From Desulfotignum sp. (GTDB lineage: Bacteria > Desulfobacterota > Desulfobacteria > Desulfobacterales > Desulfobacteraceae), in assembly GCA_018399285.1 (NCBI GenBank), contig JAGYOW010000014.1, forward strand, positions 3,331-67,330: a stretch of 64,000 nt of DNA, written 5' to 3'. The first letter of the stretch is position 1. Every line of letters starts with the position of its first letter. Below the pieces are notes generated by a model. That model ran no database searches and was not told the origin of the DNA. It worked only from the letters and a program-made list of their open reading frames with translations. Both the position numbers and the translations under genes were made by a program. Shown piece by piece: positions 32,590 through 45,015 of this stretch.

Positions 32590-32780
32590 GTGCCGGGCGG
32601 TCTCTGTGGGTCGGAATCCCATTCTGACGCGTTTGATACAGGGAGTTGGGCATGCGAAGCGGTAAAAACGGCAAACTGTTTGAGGACATACCTGCCCGCA
32701 GTTTTTGCCGTTCAGCGCAGCTTGCCCTTACTCCCTGTCAAACACGGCAGAGGGTGAGATCCACAGGGACCGCCCGGCAC
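32590..32780. repeat. 191-nt long imperfect inverted repeat (MITE-like or structured RNA)
   Basis: Paired arms GTGCCGGGCGGTCTCTGTGGGTC/GATCCACAGGGACCGCCCGGCAC, CAGGGAGT/ACTCCCTG and AACGGCAAA/TTTGCCGTT. Confidence 0.75.
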
Positions 32781-32894
32781 GGGTCTTTTGACCTGCCGGT
32801 CCGGTCCTGACTCCGGAGTTTCTTGACATCACAGGGAGTTATGCCATATATACTTATGGATTTTATATAATGATATGCTCTGCCCAGAGGTGAA

Positions 32895-34337
32895 ATGAGC
32901 CCCTTAAAAAAAATCGATACAACTGAACTGCTGGACATGATCACCCAAGGGGTTGTCCTTGTGGAAGAAAACGGCCGGATTGCCTTTTCAAACGACAGTT
33001 TTACCGAAATCAGCGACATGGATAAGGAAATTCTGACCGGTATGCGGTTTTCAGAATTTGTCGCCGATAAGGATACCCGGCGGATGGATATTTTTTTTAA
33101 ACAGCTGATTCAATCCGTTGAGGGCACCAAAGACAGCACGGAGTTTATTCTCAAGGACCGGTCCGGGACGGAACATCTGGTGGAAATAAACGCCAGAACC
33201 ATTCTTTATGAAAACAAAACCGGGATTCTGGCATCTGTGGCCGATATCACTGAAAGCAGAAAAACCACCAATGAGCTTAAAAAACTGCTGGACCTGATCC
33301 CTGAGGTGGTCCTGACCACGTCGCCCGAGGACAATATCCGGATCGTCAATATTTCCAATGCCACGGAAAAGCTGTGTGCCATTCCTTCCGAAGAATTTGC
33401 CTCAGGCACATTTCATATTTTCGACATTGTCCATCCGGACGATTGTGATCAGGTGATTCGTTTCTACCATGAGATCACGGACAAGGAATTTGATGCCCTG
33501 GAATACCGGATTGTATCGGCGGACGGGCAGACCAAATGGGTCAATGACGCTGCCGAAGTGGTTTACAAAATGGGCGGCCGGGGCAAAATCGAAAAAATTC
33601 TGCATGTCATAAGAGATGTCACGGAGCGAAAAATGCACATGCAGCGCCTGACATCCGCCCTGGAAAATCTGAGGATCAGCGAACAGCGGTATCGGAATAT
33701 CATTGAAACCGCCACTGATGCCATTTTCATCGTGACTCCTGACGGCGTGTTTGAACAGATCAATCCGGCCGGAATCAAACTGTTCGGTTTCTCAGATATG
33801 GAACAGGCAATGGCCGGCAATATCAATGACCATTATCTGGATTTGACACAGCGGGCCCATGTGATCCATAAAATCAAAACAGAGGGAGAAATCACGGATT
33901 ACCCCATCAAAATAAAAACCTGCGGCAAAGAGACTCGAGAAGTGACCATAACCGCCGGCGCAAAAAAGAACCGGGATACCGGGGAACTGGAAAGCTATCA
34001 GGCCATTATCCACGACATCACGGTCACACTGCATAAAAAGGAAATTCAAACCTATCGAAGAACCATGAAAGGACTGTCAGATTCCATCAATAATCTGGCC
34101 CAGACCTATTTCTCATATATCGGACTGATGAAAGAAAATCTGGATGATATGAAACAGCATCCGGAAAAGCGGGACACCGGCATGGAAGAATTGATGGCGG
34201 ACATGCTCAGTTTCAGGCAGTCACTGGAAAGACTGGCCAGGCTGGGGAAAATTGCCAGAGACACCTATGCCAAACCGCCGGAAATATCTCCGGACGGAAC
34301 CAGCAACGAAGGCATGTACTATTTTGAAACCAGTTGA
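32895..34337 (+). CDS. Triple-PAS sensor protein with a degenerate HisKA-like tail and no ATPase domain
   Basis: Three PAS/PAC units ending DITE, DVTE and DITV; tail GLSDSINNLAQ. Confidence 0.8.
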   Translation: MSPLKKIDTTELLDMITQGVVLVEENGRIAFSNDSFTEISDMDKEILTGMRFSEFVADKDTRRMDIFFKQLIQSVEGTKDSTEFILKDRSGTEHLVEINARTILYENKTGILASVADITESRKTTNELKKLLDLIPEVVLTTSPEDNIRIVNISNATEKLCAIPSEEFASGTFHIFDIVHPDDCDQVIRFYHEITDKEFDALEYRIVSADGQTKWVNDAAEVVYKMGGRGKIEKILHVIRDVTERKMHMQRLTSALENLRISEQRYRNIIETATDAIFIVTPDGVFEQINPAGIKLFGFSDMEQAMAGNINDHYLDLTQRAHVIHKIKTEGEITDYPIKIKTCGKETREVTITAGAKKNRDTGELESYQAIIHDITVTLHKKEIQTYRRTMKGLSDSINNLAQTYFSYIGLMKENLDDMKQHPEKRDTGMEELMADMLSFRQSLERLARLGKIARDTYAKPPEISPDGTSNEGMYYFETS

Positions 34338-34396
34338 ACAAACATGTATAGTACAATAAAACACATTTAACCTGTAATTTTAAAAGGAGACACATC

Positions 34397-36316
34397 ATGG
34401 GACTTAAAGAAGAACTGGAAGAAAAAGCCGAGGAGTGTGACGCACCGGAAGAGTACATTGCCGTGGCCAAAGAGATTGTGGAGGGCTTGGATGACAAGGA
34501 ATGGGCGGGTGAACTTCTGGAAGAAGGCGCGGAATGGGCTGAAACCTGGGAAGATGCCGTGACCTATGCCAAAGCCTGTCTGGATATCTTAGGAGATGAG
34601 GAAGCGGCCGCCACCCACCTGGATGCCGGAAAAAACCTGTGCACCACTGTTGAGGATTTTCTGGGCCTGGCAGCTGCGGCACTTGAAATGGGCCAGAAAG
34701 AAGCCGCCACCGAGATCTACAATGCCGCCGGCACCAAATGTGTGAAAACGTCTGATTTTCTGGAACTGAGCAAAAGCATTTCAGATGTGCTCAATGACGC
34801 GGAACTGGCGGAAAAAACCGTTGAAAAAGCCTTTGCCAAATGCAGCAAGACCGAAGATTTTGTGGTGTTTGCCAAGTCCGTCCTGGATATGTTTGAAGAC
34901 AAGGAGCGGGCCAAATCAGTATATGCCAGCGCCATGGAAAAAGCATCCAAGGCAGAGGATTTCGACATCCTTGCCGCGGGCGCGGTCAAGGACTTAGGCG
35001 ACAAAGCCCTGGCCCGGCAGATCTATGAAAAAGCCCTTTCTTCGCTGGAATCGGGCAATGAGCTGCTCAAGTTCGCCCGGACCGTGAACGAAAAACTGGA
35101 TGATAAGGATTTTCTGGAATCCATTTACAAAAAAGCGGAATCGGTTTACACGGAATTTTCCGATTACCTGAAGCTGGGAAAAGAGGCATTTGAAGTCACC
35201 GGGGACGCGCCGTTTGCTACCGGCATTTTCCAGACCGCCGCCGCCACCAATCCGGCATGCAGCCAGCTGGTGGACCTGGCTCTGGCCATGGCCAAAGATC
35301 TCAATGACAAAGAAGCCGCCGTGCAGGTTCTCAAACAGGCCCAGGCCGCTGTGAAAAGCAATGCGGATTTCATCAAGACCGCCAAGGCCATTCAGGAAAT
35401 CGTCACCGATGACAAAGAATGGACCGATGCCATCACATTTCAGCTGGAAAAGCGCGAAGAATTCAAAGACCTGTATTCGGATTTCATCAACCGGGAGCAG
35501 GAAACCAAAACCTGTGCCACCAAGCGGGCCCTGGCCCATGACATTGTGGAAAAAACCGGGGACAAATATTATGGCGCCAAAATATACCGCCAGGCCCAGG
35601 AGCTCACCCGCAATTTCAATGATTTCATCAAACTGGGGGTGTCCATTCACCAGGATCTGGGGGACACCGACTGGGTCAAGGAAATCTTCACCGACCTGCT
35701 GAAAAAATGTACCACGTTCAGTTACTACAATGAACTGACCGATGCCATTGCCGCCACCCTCAAGGATGATGCCTGGATCAAAGACATTTACAAAAACATT
35801 GAAAAACAAAGTGACGGCAACAGTGATCGGGTGAAACTGGCAACCGTTGCCGCAACCCGGCTCAATGACAAAGACTGGGCCAAAAATCTGCTGGCAGCGG
35901 CTGAAAAAGACTGCCATACGCCATATGATTACACCTTTGTGGCCGGTGCCTATCTCAGGCTTTTAGACGATCAGGACAAAGCCATTGCCCTGTTTGAAGC
36001 CGCAGAAGCCCAATGCACGGATCAGCCATGCTATGCCGGACTGTTCAACCTGATATCCGGCCAGACCTCAGACCCCTCCTACCTGACCCGGATTCTGTTG
36101 TCCGCCCGGAAAAAACTGACCGGTTTTGACGATCTGCTGTTTCTGGCTGAAACCGCGTGCATCCGGCTGGCAGATACCCGGCTGGCATCCGATATCTATC
36201 GTCAGGCAGAAGAAAAGGCTGGTGACAACCGGCAACTGTCCCGCCTGTCCACCAGCCTGAACCAGCAGCTCAAAGACAGTGCCCGGGCATCCGGCTTGCT
36301 GCGGAAAATTGCCTGA
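34397..36316 (+). CDS. Alpha-helical solenoid protein with about 34-aa tandem repeats (TPR-like)
   Basis: Recurrent D[FY]xxLAxxxxxxLxDxxxAxxxYxxA pattern along 639 aa; AAGGAG RBS. Confidence 0.85.
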   Translation: MGLKEELEEKAEECDAPEEYIAVAKEIVEGLDDKEWAGELLEEGAEWAETWEDAVTYAKACLDILGDEEAAATHLDAGKNLCTTVEDFLGLAAAALEMGQKEAATEIYNAAGTKCVKTSDFLELSKSISDVLNDAELAEKTVEKAFAKCSKTEDFVVFAKSVLDMFEDKERAKSVYASAMEKASKAEDFDILAAGAVKDLGDKALARQIYEKALSSLESGNELLKFARTVNEKLDDKDFLESIYKKAESVYTEFSDYLKLGKEAFEVTGDAPFATGIFQTAAATNPACSQLVDLALAMAKDLNDKEAAVQVLKQAQAAVKSNADFIKTAKAIQEIVTDDKEWTDAITFQLEKREEFKDLYSDFINREQETKTCATKRALAHDIVEKTGDKYYGAKIYRQAQELTRNFNDFIKLGVSIHQDLGDTDWVKEIFTDLLKKCTTFSYYNELTDAIAATLKDDAWIKDIYKNIEKQSDGNSDRVKLATVAATRLNDKDWAKNLLAAAEKDCHTPYDYTFVAGAYLRLLDDQDKAIALFEAAEAQCTDQPCYAGLFNLISGQTSDPSYLTRILLSARKKLTGFDDLLFLAETACIRLADTRLASDIYRQAEEKAGDNRQLSRLSTSLNQQLKDSARASGLLRKIA

Positions 36317-36361
36317 TACGCATTTCACAGGGCATTGGATAAAAGCATTCGGAAGGGATCC

Positions 36362-37570
36362 ATGAAAAGGCAACACGTCAAATGGCTGCTCATTCCGGTG
36401 CTGATTCTGGGGGTCTATTTGTTGTCGACCTTTTTGGGGTCCGGGAAAAAAGACAGCGGCCCGTTGGGGAAAAAATCATGGGCCGCACCTGTGGAAACCG
36501 CTGCCATAGAGCGGGGTCCCATGGCACTGAGCCGCACCTTCAGCGGCACCCTGGAATCCAATGCCGAATTTCTGGTGGCTCCCAAGGTCAGCGGCCGGGT
36601 GGAACACCTGGCCGTGGACATGGGAGACCCGGTCTTTCGAAAACAGGAAGTGGCCCGGCTGGACAATGATGAATATGTCCAGGCCGTGGCCCAGGCCCAG
36701 GCGGATCTGGCTGTGGCTGAAGCGGATCTCACCGGGGCTGAAAACGCCCGGGAAATCGCTGAGCGGGAACTGAACCGCATGGAAACCCTTAAAAAACGAG
36801 GGGTCTCTTCCGCTTCCCAGGTGGATGCGGCCCGGGCCGAATGGCTGGCAGCCGCATCCCGGGTGGACATGGCCCGGGCTGTCGTGTTGAAAGCCCGGGC
36901 CCAGCTGGAAACCGCCCGGATCCGGCTGGGATACACCGCGGTATTTGCGGACTGGACCGGGGGCAGCGATACCCGGTTTATGGCGGAGAAATTCGTTACC
37001 GAAGGAGACACGGTTTCCGCCAACACCCCTTTGGTATCCATTGTGGAACTGGACCCGCTGCTGGCAGTGCTGTTTGTCACGGAAAAAGATTACGGCCGGC
37101 TTGAAATCGGCCAGCCGGCCGAACTATCCACCGATGCCTTTCCCGGCCGGTCCTTTCAGGGTCAAATCGCCCGGATTTCTCCGGTATTCAAGACCCAGAC
37201 CCGCCAGGCCCGGGTGGAAGTCCGGGTGGCCAATCCCGGCCTTGAGCTCAAACCGGGAATGTTTGTCCGGGTTTCCGTGGTCCTGGAACAGGTGGCCGAC
37301 ACCCTGATGGTGCCGGAGACCGCTCTGGTAACCCGGAATCAGGAAACCGGGGTCTTTGTGGTATCCCCGGATAAAGCAACCGTGGCCTGGCACCCGGTGG
37401 TCACCGGGATCCGCCAGAACGGCCGGGTTCAGGTCAAAGGTGACCACCTGACCGGCCAGGTGGTCACCCTGGGCCACCAGTTGCTGGATCACGGGTCATT
37501 AATCCGGATTCCGGACCCGGCTGTCCCAAAATCCGGTTTCGATCGGAAAGGGTTGCATGAACCTGCCTGA
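36362..37570 (+). CDS. RND efflux periplasmic adaptor (MFP)
   Basis: N-terminal TM segment, VAPKVSGRV and LKPGMFVRV. Confidence 0.9.
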   Translation: MKRQHVKWLLIPVLILGVYLLSTFLGSGKKDSGPLGKKSWAAPVETAAIERGPMALSRTFSGTLESNAEFLVAPKVSGRVEHLAVDMGDPVFRKQEVARLDNDEYVQAVAQAQADLAVAEADLTGAENAREIAERELNRMETLKKRGVSSASQVDAARAEWLAAASRVDMARAVVLKARAQLETARIRLGYTAVFADWTGGSDTRFMAEKFVTEGDTVSANTPLVSIVELDPLLAVLFVTEKDYGRLEIGQPAELSTDAFPGRSFQGQIARISPVFKTQTRQARVEVRVANPGLELKPGMFVRVSVVLEQVADTLMVPETALVTRNQETGVFVVSPDKATVAWHPVVTGIRQNGRVQVKGDHLTGQVVTLGHQLLDHGSLIRIPDPAVPKSGFDRKGLHEPA

Positions 37571-40500
37571 ATTCAGTGTTCACCGTCCCGTATTCATCAC
37601 CATGATCTTTCTGATGGTCCTGGTCATCGGTTCGATTTCCTTAAGCCGGCTTCAAATTGACATGCTGCCGGAAATTGAAATGCCCACCCTGAGCATCCGG
37701 ACACAATTTGAAGGGGCCAGCCCGGAAATCATGGAACGCCAGGTGACCCAGGTGATTGAAGAGATTGCAGCCACAGTGCCCGGAGTGGAAGAGATCTCTT
37801 CAGATTCATCCGAAGGACGCAGCAATGTCCGGATCCGATTTGCCTGGGGAACCGATATTGACATTGCTGCCTTAGATGTCCGGTCCGTTGTTGAAGATGA
37901 AATCAATGAACTGCCTGAAGAGGTGGATCGGCCCAGCCTCCGCAAGTTTGATATCGGCAGTTTTCCAGTGGTGCTGCTGGGGATTTCCAGCCGGCTGGAT
38001 CCGGTGGATTTAACCCAGCTCATTGAAGACGAAATCCGGTACCGGTTTTCCCGGATACCGGGAGTGGCCCAGGTGGACATCTGGGGAGGGTATGACAGAG
38101 AAATCCGCATCGAACTGGATCCGGACCGGATCATGGCCTTAGGCCTGCCCCTGGACCAGATTATCCAGGCCGTCACACAGGCCAATCAGGACCAGCCCAC
38201 AGGGAAACTGGAACAGGGCCGGTATGAAATCCAGCTGCGGGCCCCGGCCCAGTTCACCCACCTGGACCAGATCCGCAATACCGTGGTGGCGCATCAGGAC
38301 GGGGCCGCCGTCACCCTGGGTCAGATTGCCCAGGTGAAAGACACGTATGAAAAGCTGACCCGGATCATCCGGGTCAACCGGGAACCCGGTATTCGGGTGG
38401 CCATCCGGAAACAGTCCCAGGCCAATACCGTTGACGTGGCCAGACGGGTTCTGGAAGAAATTGATGCCGTCAACGCAGCCATGCCCCAGGTAAAAATCAT
38501 TCCGGTCATCAACCAGGGAAATTTCATCCAGCGCTCCATCGCCAATGTGGCAAGATCTGTTATATATGGCGGCGGTCTGGCCGTGCTGATCCTGCTGTTT
38601 TTTTTAAGAACCGTCCGCAGCACCGTGGTCATTTCCCTGGCCATTCCCATCTCCATGCTGGCCACCTTTGCTTTGATGTTTTTCTTTAATTTCACCCTCA
38701 ATTTGATGACGCTGGGCGGCCTGGCCTTAGGCGTCGGCATGATGGTGGACAACTCCATTGTGGTTCTGGAAAATATTTTCCGGCACCGGGATGAACATGA
38801 CAAACCTCCGGATATTGCCTCAAAACAGGGGGCCATGGAAGTGGCCCCGGCCATCCTGGCCAGCACCATCACCACCCTGGTGATTTTTCTGCCCCTGATT
38901 TTTGTCAGAGGCGTGTCCGGCATTCTGTTCACGGAAATGGCGTATGTGATCATTTTTTCTTTAACCTGCTCTTTGCTGGTGGCGCTGTCTTTAGTCCCCA
39001 TGCTCACCTCCAGGCTGTTAGGCATCAAGAAAAGAAAAAACACCGGGTCTGTGATCTCATTTTTCTTTTCTTTGTCAGAATCTTTTTTTGTTCAACTGAC
39101 GCACCGCTATTCTTATGTGCTGTCCAAAGCACTGGATCACCGCGGGGTAACCCTGTTAATTACCGCTGCCGCCCTGGGAGGAGCCCTGATGCTGGTTCCG
39201 AAAATCGGAACGGAATTTCTGCCGCCCAGTGATGAAGGAGAGGTGCGGATCTCCGGCGAGATGGAGGTGGGCACCCGGCTTAACCTGGTGGACCGCCAGA
39301 GCCGGCAGGTGGAAGCCATTGCATTTCCGGCCGTGCCGGAGATGATCTCTTCCGTGGTCAGCGTCGGGGCATCCGGATATCGGCCCGGCAGTTCCGCCAA
39401 AACCGAAATCCGCATGGCCCTGACCCCGGCGGCCCAACGCACCCGATCCAATGTGGCCATTGCCCATGACCTGCGCCAGCGCCTGTCAGGGCAGATTCCG
39501 GGCATGGAAATCCGGACCCGGGCCCCCCAGGGCCAGTTTATCATGGAGCGGCTTCTCGGGGGGGATGACGGGCTGAATGTCGAAGTCCGGGGATTTGATC
39601 TGGATATCCTGGAAACGCTGGCTGCCAGGGCTGCTGAACGGGTGGCACAGGTCCCGGGCATTACAGACGTGCTGCTCAGCCGGGAGGCCGGTACCCCGCA
39701 AAAAGAAATTGAAGTTGACCGGGATAAGGCGGCCGATCTGGGCTTGAGCGTCAAAGATATCACCGACATTATCTCCACGGCCGTGGCCGGATCCAGAGCC
39801 GGCGAATTTCAGACCCTGGGGGATTCCTACCGAATTTTTGTCCAGCTCAAAGATGTGGAAAACCGCAGCCTGGACGAAATTCTGGATTTGACCCTGACCA
39901 CGGCGTCCGGCCGGCAGGTGGCGATCCGGAACCTGGTTTCCGTGCATTCCGGGCGGGGGCCGCTGCTCATCGACCGCAAGGATCAGCAGCGTATCATCAC
40001 GGTTTCCGCCAATATTTCCGGACGGGATCTGGGATCTGTGGCAGCGGATGTGGCTGACCGTTTAAGCGAGATTCCCCGGCCGTCTGGATATGATCTGATA
40101 GTGGCCGGAGATTTTGAAGAACAGCAGAAAGCGTTCAGGGAACTGATCATCTCTTTGATCCTGGCTCTGGTTCTGGTGTACATGGTCCTGGCCTGCCAGT
40201 ATGAATCCCTGATCAACCCGCTGGTGGTGATGTTTTCGGTTCCCATGGCCGCCATCGGGGTGCTGGTCACCCTGTATCTGACCCATACCACCTTGAATGT
40301 CCAGTCCTATATCGGCTGCATCATGCTGGGGGGAATCGTGGTGAACAACGCCATTCTGCTGGTGGATCAGTCCAGCCGCCTGACCTGTGAGGGCATGACG
40401 GTCAAAGCAGCGGTCATGGAAGCCGGCCGCCGCCGGCTGAGGCCCATTCTCATGACCAGTCTGACCACCATTTTAGGACTGATCCCTCTGGCGTTGGGCA

Positions 40501-40640
40501 TCGGGGAAGGTGCGGATGCCCAGGCACCCCTGGCCCGATCCGTGGTGGGCGGACTCACCGGTGCCACCGTGATCACCCTGGTGCTCATCCCGGTCATCTA
40601 TTCTTTGTTTCACCCGGATTCAACAAAGGCTTGTTCATGA
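37557..40640 (+). CDS. RND efflux permease (AcrB/AcrD/AcrF family)
   Basis: 1027 aa; [26 protein letters not shown] and [12 protein letters not shown]. Confidence 0.95.
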   Translation: MNLPEFSVHRPVFITMIFLMVLVIGSISLSRLQIDMLPEIEMPTLSIRTQFEGASPEIMERQVTQVIEEIAATVPGVEEISSDSSEGRSNVRIRFAWGTDIDIAALDVRSVVEDEINELPEEVDRPSLRKFDIGSFPVVLLGISSRLDPVDLTQLIEDEIRYRFSRIPGVAQVDIWGGYDREIRIELDPDRIMALGLPLDQIIQAVTQANQDQPTGKLEQGRYEIQLRAPAQFTHLDQIRNTVVAHQDGAAVTLGQIAQVKDTYEKLTRIIRVNREPGIRVAIRKQSQANTVDVARRVLEEIDAVNAAMPQVKIIPVINQGNFIQRSIANVARSVIYGGGLAVLILLFFLRTVRSTVVISLAIPISMLATFALMFFFNFTLNLMTLGGLALGVGMMVDNSIVVLENIFRHRDEHDKPPDIASKQGAMEVAPAILASTITTLVIFLPLIFVRGVSGILFTEMAYVIIFSLTCSLLVALSLVPMLTSRLLGIKKRKNTGSVISFFFSLSESFFVQLTHRYSYVLSKALDHRGVTLLITAAALGGALMLVPKIGTEFLPPSDEGEVRISGEMEVGTRLNLVDRQSRQVEAIAFPAVPEMISSVVSVGASGYRPGSSAKTEIRMALTPAAQRTRSNVAIAHDLRQRLSGQIPGMEIRTRAPQGQFIMERLLGGDDGLNVEVRGFDLDILETLAARAAERVAQVPGITDVLLSREAGTPQKEIEVDRDKAADLGLSVKDITDIISTAVAGSRAGEFQTLGDSYRIFVQLKDVENRSLDEILDLTLTTASGRQVAIRNLVSVHSGRGPLLIDRKDQQRIITVSANISGRDLGSVAADVADRLSEIPRPSGYDLIVAGDFEEQQKAFRELIISLILALVLVYMVLACQYESLINPLVVMFSVPMAAIGVLVTLYLTHTTLNVQSYIGCIMLGGIVVNNAILLVDQSSRLTCEGMTVKAAVMEAGRRRLRPILMTSLTTILGLIPLALGIGEGADAQAPLARSVVGGLTGATVITLVLIPVIYSLFHPDSTKACS

Positions 40641-42235
40641 AAACAAGATTTATCTTTTTCACAGGCCCGATATTTCTGTGCCTGATTTTTTTTCTGATGG
40701 TTTCCGGCTGCATGCTGTCCAGGTCTCAAAAAAACGACCTGACAGATCTGGCACCGGTGGTACCGGCAGATATCCAGACATTTGACTTCACACTGGAAAA
40801 CAAGCCTGACCCGCAACCCATGCCGGCCGGTCAAACACCGGATCCGGCCCTGTCTGTGGAACAGGCGGTGATGCTGGCCCTGGATCACAACCAGGACTTG
40901 AAAACCCGGCAGCTGGGTCCTGTCATCGCCGGGGCGTTCGAACAGATGGAAAAAGGCCAATATGATCCGGAACTTTTTGCAGCCATGGGGATGTCCAGGC
41001 AAGCACTTTCTGATCCGGAACCATCAGATACTGCTGTCTCGGGTGTGGCAGGTGTCCGGCAGAGACTGCCTTCCGGCACCACCCTGGCGGCGGAAGCAGC
41101 CCATGAACAGGACCGGGCATCCCGAACCGTGGATCCCGACCAAACCCGGGTAACCCTGTCCGTGACCCAGGCACTGCGCCAGGGGGCCGGTCCGGCCGGC
41201 GGCCTGGTGGCCATCCGGCAAAGTGAACTGGAAACCCGGGCCAGTATTCACGAGCTGACCGCCTATGCCCAGGCCCTGGTAGCGGAAACGGAAATCGCGT
41301 ACTGGCAATATGTGCTGGCCCGACAGGAGCACGCCATTGTGGAACGGTCTCTGGCTGTATCCAAAAAACAGCGGACCGATGTCCAGCACCAGATTGACGT
41401 GGGGGTTTTGCCCCGGAATGAACAGGCGGCCGTACAGTCGGAAGTGGCCCGGCGGGAGCAGGCCCTGATCGATTCCGCCAACCAGGTGGAAGCGTTCCGC
41501 CTGACCCTGCTGCATCTGATAAATCCCGGCGGACCCGGTTATCTGGATCGTCTGGTTCTGCCTGCCAGTGATCCGGCCATTGATCCGGACCCTGTCGCCG
41601 ATATCCGGGACCGTACCAGCCTGGCCATGACACTGCGGCCGGATCTGGCCGAAGCCCGGTTGCGCATGCACCAGAACCAGCTGGAAACCATTGCCACGAA
41701 AAACGGCCTGCTGCCCCGGCTGGATTTTTTCATGGATCTGGGAGTTGCCGCATATGGGGATGGATTTTCAGATGCGGCCCAATCACTGGACAACGGGGAC
41801 TATGAGGTATCTGCCGGCCTGTCTTTAAGCCGGTTTGTCAAAAACCGGACTGCCAGAGCCCGACATCAGGCTGCGGTGGCCACCCGCCAACAGGCAACCG
41901 AAGCACTTGAAAACCTTCGCCGGACCATTCATCTGGATGTCCGCCTGGCTGTCAATGAAATCGAGCGGGCAAGACAGCAGATCCATGCCTCAAAGGTCAC
42001 CCGCCGATCTGAAGAACAGACCGTGCAGGCGGAAATCGAACGATTCAACGTAGGCGCCGGCACAGCACTGCTGGTGGCCCAGGCCCAGCGGGATCTGCTG
42101 ATCAGCCAGATTGCCGAGGTCCGGGCCGTGATCCATTACCGCATCGCTTTGATCCGGCTGTTTCTGGCCGAAGGCAGTCTGCTGCACCGCAGAGGCGTTG
42201 TGTTACGGCATCAAGGCCAGGTCATGAATAAATAA
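40637..42235 (+). CDS. TolC-family outer membrane factor (lipoprotein)
   Basis: Lipobox-like [22 protein letters not shown] and position after the RND permease. Confidence 0.88.
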   Translation: MKTRFIFFTGPIFLCLIFFLMVSGCMLSRSQKNDLTDLAPVVPADIQTFDFTLENKPDPQPMPAGQTPDPALSVEQAVMLALDHNQDLKTRQLGPVIAGAFEQMEKGQYDPELFAAMGMSRQALSDPEPSDTAVSGVAGVRQRLPSGTTLAAEAAHEQDRASRTVDPDQTRVTLSVTQALRQGAGPAGGLVAIRQSELETRASIHELTAYAQALVAETEIAYWQYVLARQEHAIVERSLAVSKKQRTDVQHQIDVGVLPRNEQAAVQSEVARREQALIDSANQVEAFRLTLLHLINPGGPGYLDRLVLPASDPAIDPDPVADIRDRTSLAMTLRPDLAEARLRMHQNQLETIATKNGLLPRLDFFMDLGVAAYGDGFSDAAQSLDNGDYEVSAGLSLSRFVKNRTARARHQAAVATRQQATEALENLRRTIHLDVRLAVNEIERARQQIHASKVTRRSEEQTVQAEIERFNVGAGTALLVAQAQRDLLISQIAEVRAVIHYRIALIRLFLAEGSLLHRRGVVLRHQGQVMNK

Positions 42236-43066
42236 GTAACAGTGCCTGCGATTGCCAGCCAGATATTGGTGATATTGCTCACCGTGATATTGAGGATGGC
42301 GGCCAGATATTTTCCCCGGCTTAAAAGGGCCAGACAGCTTTTAAACTCCGGCCAGCTTGACAGGGTGGCCAGTACAAAAAAACCGATCACCCCTTTGGGG
42401 GCCTGGCTTTGTTCCGAGGCAAAACTGACCACCGGATCAAGAAAATACCCGGCGGCAATCAGCACGACAATTGCCGGAATGACCGACCAGCCGGCAATTT
42501 CAGCATCTTCCATGGATTGTTCGTCCGGTTCGGGTGGTCGTCTGTAAAACAATATCCCGGTGATGACAAGCCCTGCTGCCACCCAGAGAATGTGGTGGGC
42601 CATGGCAATAGTATAAAAAGAGACAGCAAGCCCTGCGGTCAGAACGATACATGTCGGGGTATACTGCCAGCAGGTCTGCATGGTTTTTAAAAATACCCGG
42701 CACACCAGTGCGGCTGAAATCAACAGAACCGGGTTCATCAGATTTGAACCCAGCGGCGTGCTGCCGCAAACAGCACTATCCCGGTCACCAGGCCGACAAT
42801 GGGACGGGCCAGTTCGGGCCCGTTGGTGATGAATCCGGTTATCGTGCCAGACCTCTGACTTTTTAAGGGTTTCAATGATAACCTCGATGGAAAAACCGAT
42901 CAAGTCATCACCAGCACCACCCCGCCGGCGGCAATGAAAGACAGGTTGAAATCACCGCCACACACCAGAGAACAGGTGCAGAAAAACACAACAACCAGCA
43001 CCCAGCAGACCACGTCTATGCGGCCGATGGAATTGACCAGAAATTGTTTCACCGCTTTTGTTCCAT
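42211..43066 (-). CDS. Membrane protein, Na+/Ca2+ antiporter-like (frameshifted)
   Basis: GFFVLATLSSWPEF and NITVSNITN resemble the CaCA alpha-repeat. Confidence 0.55.
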
Positions 43067-43083
43067 AAACTTATCAGATCAGT

Positions 43084-44829
43084 TCAGCAAAGCGGTCCGG
43101 GTCTGGAGCCATGAAGCAGTCCGGGGTGGCAGACAAGGTGTGAAATCCGGTCACACCTGCCGGTGATACTGATTGATCCATGCGATCTCCGTTTCAGTGA
43201 GCGAGAGGTATCGATCAGATCCCGCTCAAAATGGCACCAGGTCATGTTTTCCAAATTCAGAAACCGGCGAATTCTGTTTGACGGGAATCGGTCACCAACA
43301 TATATTCTCCAGACGGATACCATATTCTCCCTCTCTGTAAACCCCGGGCTCATCGGTCATCAGCATGCCCTTTTCCAGGGCCGCATCCACCGGATGCGGG
43401 CTGATCAGGCCGGGCCTTCATGAACACACAAAAGATCCCACGCCACGGCCCGTGCCGTGCCCGAAATTCATGCCTGGGCTACAGATACTGCCGGGCCAGG
43501 GTATCGATCTGAAACCCCGGGTGCCTTCGGAAAACACGCGCTGGCCACAGCGATATGGCCTTTGAGCACCGGGTGTAATCCCTGATCTGCTGCAAGGAAG
43601 GGTTTCCAGGCACACCGTGCGGGTGATGTCCGTGGTGCCGGTCAGGTAATTGCCGCCGGAATCGGTCAGAAACAGTCCGGTATCATCCAGCCGGACATCG
43701 GTCCGGGTGGCGGAATAATGGCACAAGGCGGAGTGCGCACCAAACGCCATAATGGGATCAAAACTGTTTCCACAAACCCGGGCTGGGCTTTGCGCAGTTC
43801 AAACAATTTTCTGCCGCACTGATTTCCGTCAGCGAATCATCAGGTTCCTGTTCCGACAGCCAGTGAAGGAAGCAGATAACGGCAATCCGTCCTTGACTGC
43901 CGTATCCCGCAAATGCCGGATCTGAATGTCGTTTTTAACTGCTTTGAGCCGGGCGGCCGGGCTTGGTTTCTCAATCACCCCGGCAGCCCGAAGGGATGGC
44001 GGATGCCAGGCATGCGGATGTCTTATCCGGATCCAGCAGCATACAGGCAGAATCCGGCATCTGTCCCAGGGCGGTATCAATATCAGTATAACCGGTCAGG
44101 GTCACACCGTCGTCTGCCAGGCTTGCCGCCAGATCTTTGTTCACCTTGTCCGGGTGGATGAATAACCGGACAGACGATTGAGTGAAAAGAGCAAACGCGA
44201 TGTTCACCGGATTGTTGGGCATCGGATCCCCGGGTTGAATGTCAGGCAATGTCCTCCAGACCGGTCATCACATGGCAGTCCGCCCCGGCCTGTGCCATGG
44301 CTTTCCGGATATTTTCGATCTTTTCGACCCGGACTGGCCGGCATACCGCACATCGAATTCCCAGGCAGGTTGACATCGGCATGGGAGGCCGATCCTGCCA
44401 TAGATCTTTTACCAGGTCACGTCGGTACGCAACCGGATCTGCCGGATATCCCACATTTGACGGTATGTTTTCCTGGGTTCGTGAGAGGACCCGGCCGCGT
44501 CAATAGCCACTGTGTCTTTGGGAGCCAGATGATCAAAAATCCAGCGATGGAATTCAGGCACATCTTTCCCCGGATTTAAACAATTCCGAACTCCGATCCC
44601 TGTATCTGAATACCGGCCTGGAGCCAGTATCTGAAATCGGTCCATAAAACGGCCAGGTGCGGGTGACCACGGCCACGCCGGCGGATCCTGTAAATCCGGT
44701 GAGCCAGGCCCGAGGCCTGCCAGTGTCCGGTGACATATTCGCATCTGATGGGGATCGGCAGAAGGGTGTACCACGACCGCGGCAATCTGGTGTGCCGCCA
44801 TCATCCACCTCAATCCCGCCAGTTTTCAT
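43084..44829 (-). CDS. Aminopeptidase P / M24 family (multiple frameshifts)
   Basis: Fragments PSADPH, WLTGFTGSAG, DSGGNYLTGTTDITRT, FGHGTG and EIAWINQYH. Confidence 0.85.
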
Positions 44830-45015
44830 CTGTTTTCCAACAGCCATTCCTCACTTTACCTTCTATGATCTCATGGTATTCCCAGCCATGTACAATGCCC
44901 CATGGCATACACTGTTTAAAGCAATTTCTCCAATCTTTTTCAGAAAACCTGTGTGTTGCATCGATGGTATTGTGTTTTAGGGGCAGTCACAGCGGAAATA
45001 ACTTGTACAGCGGGA

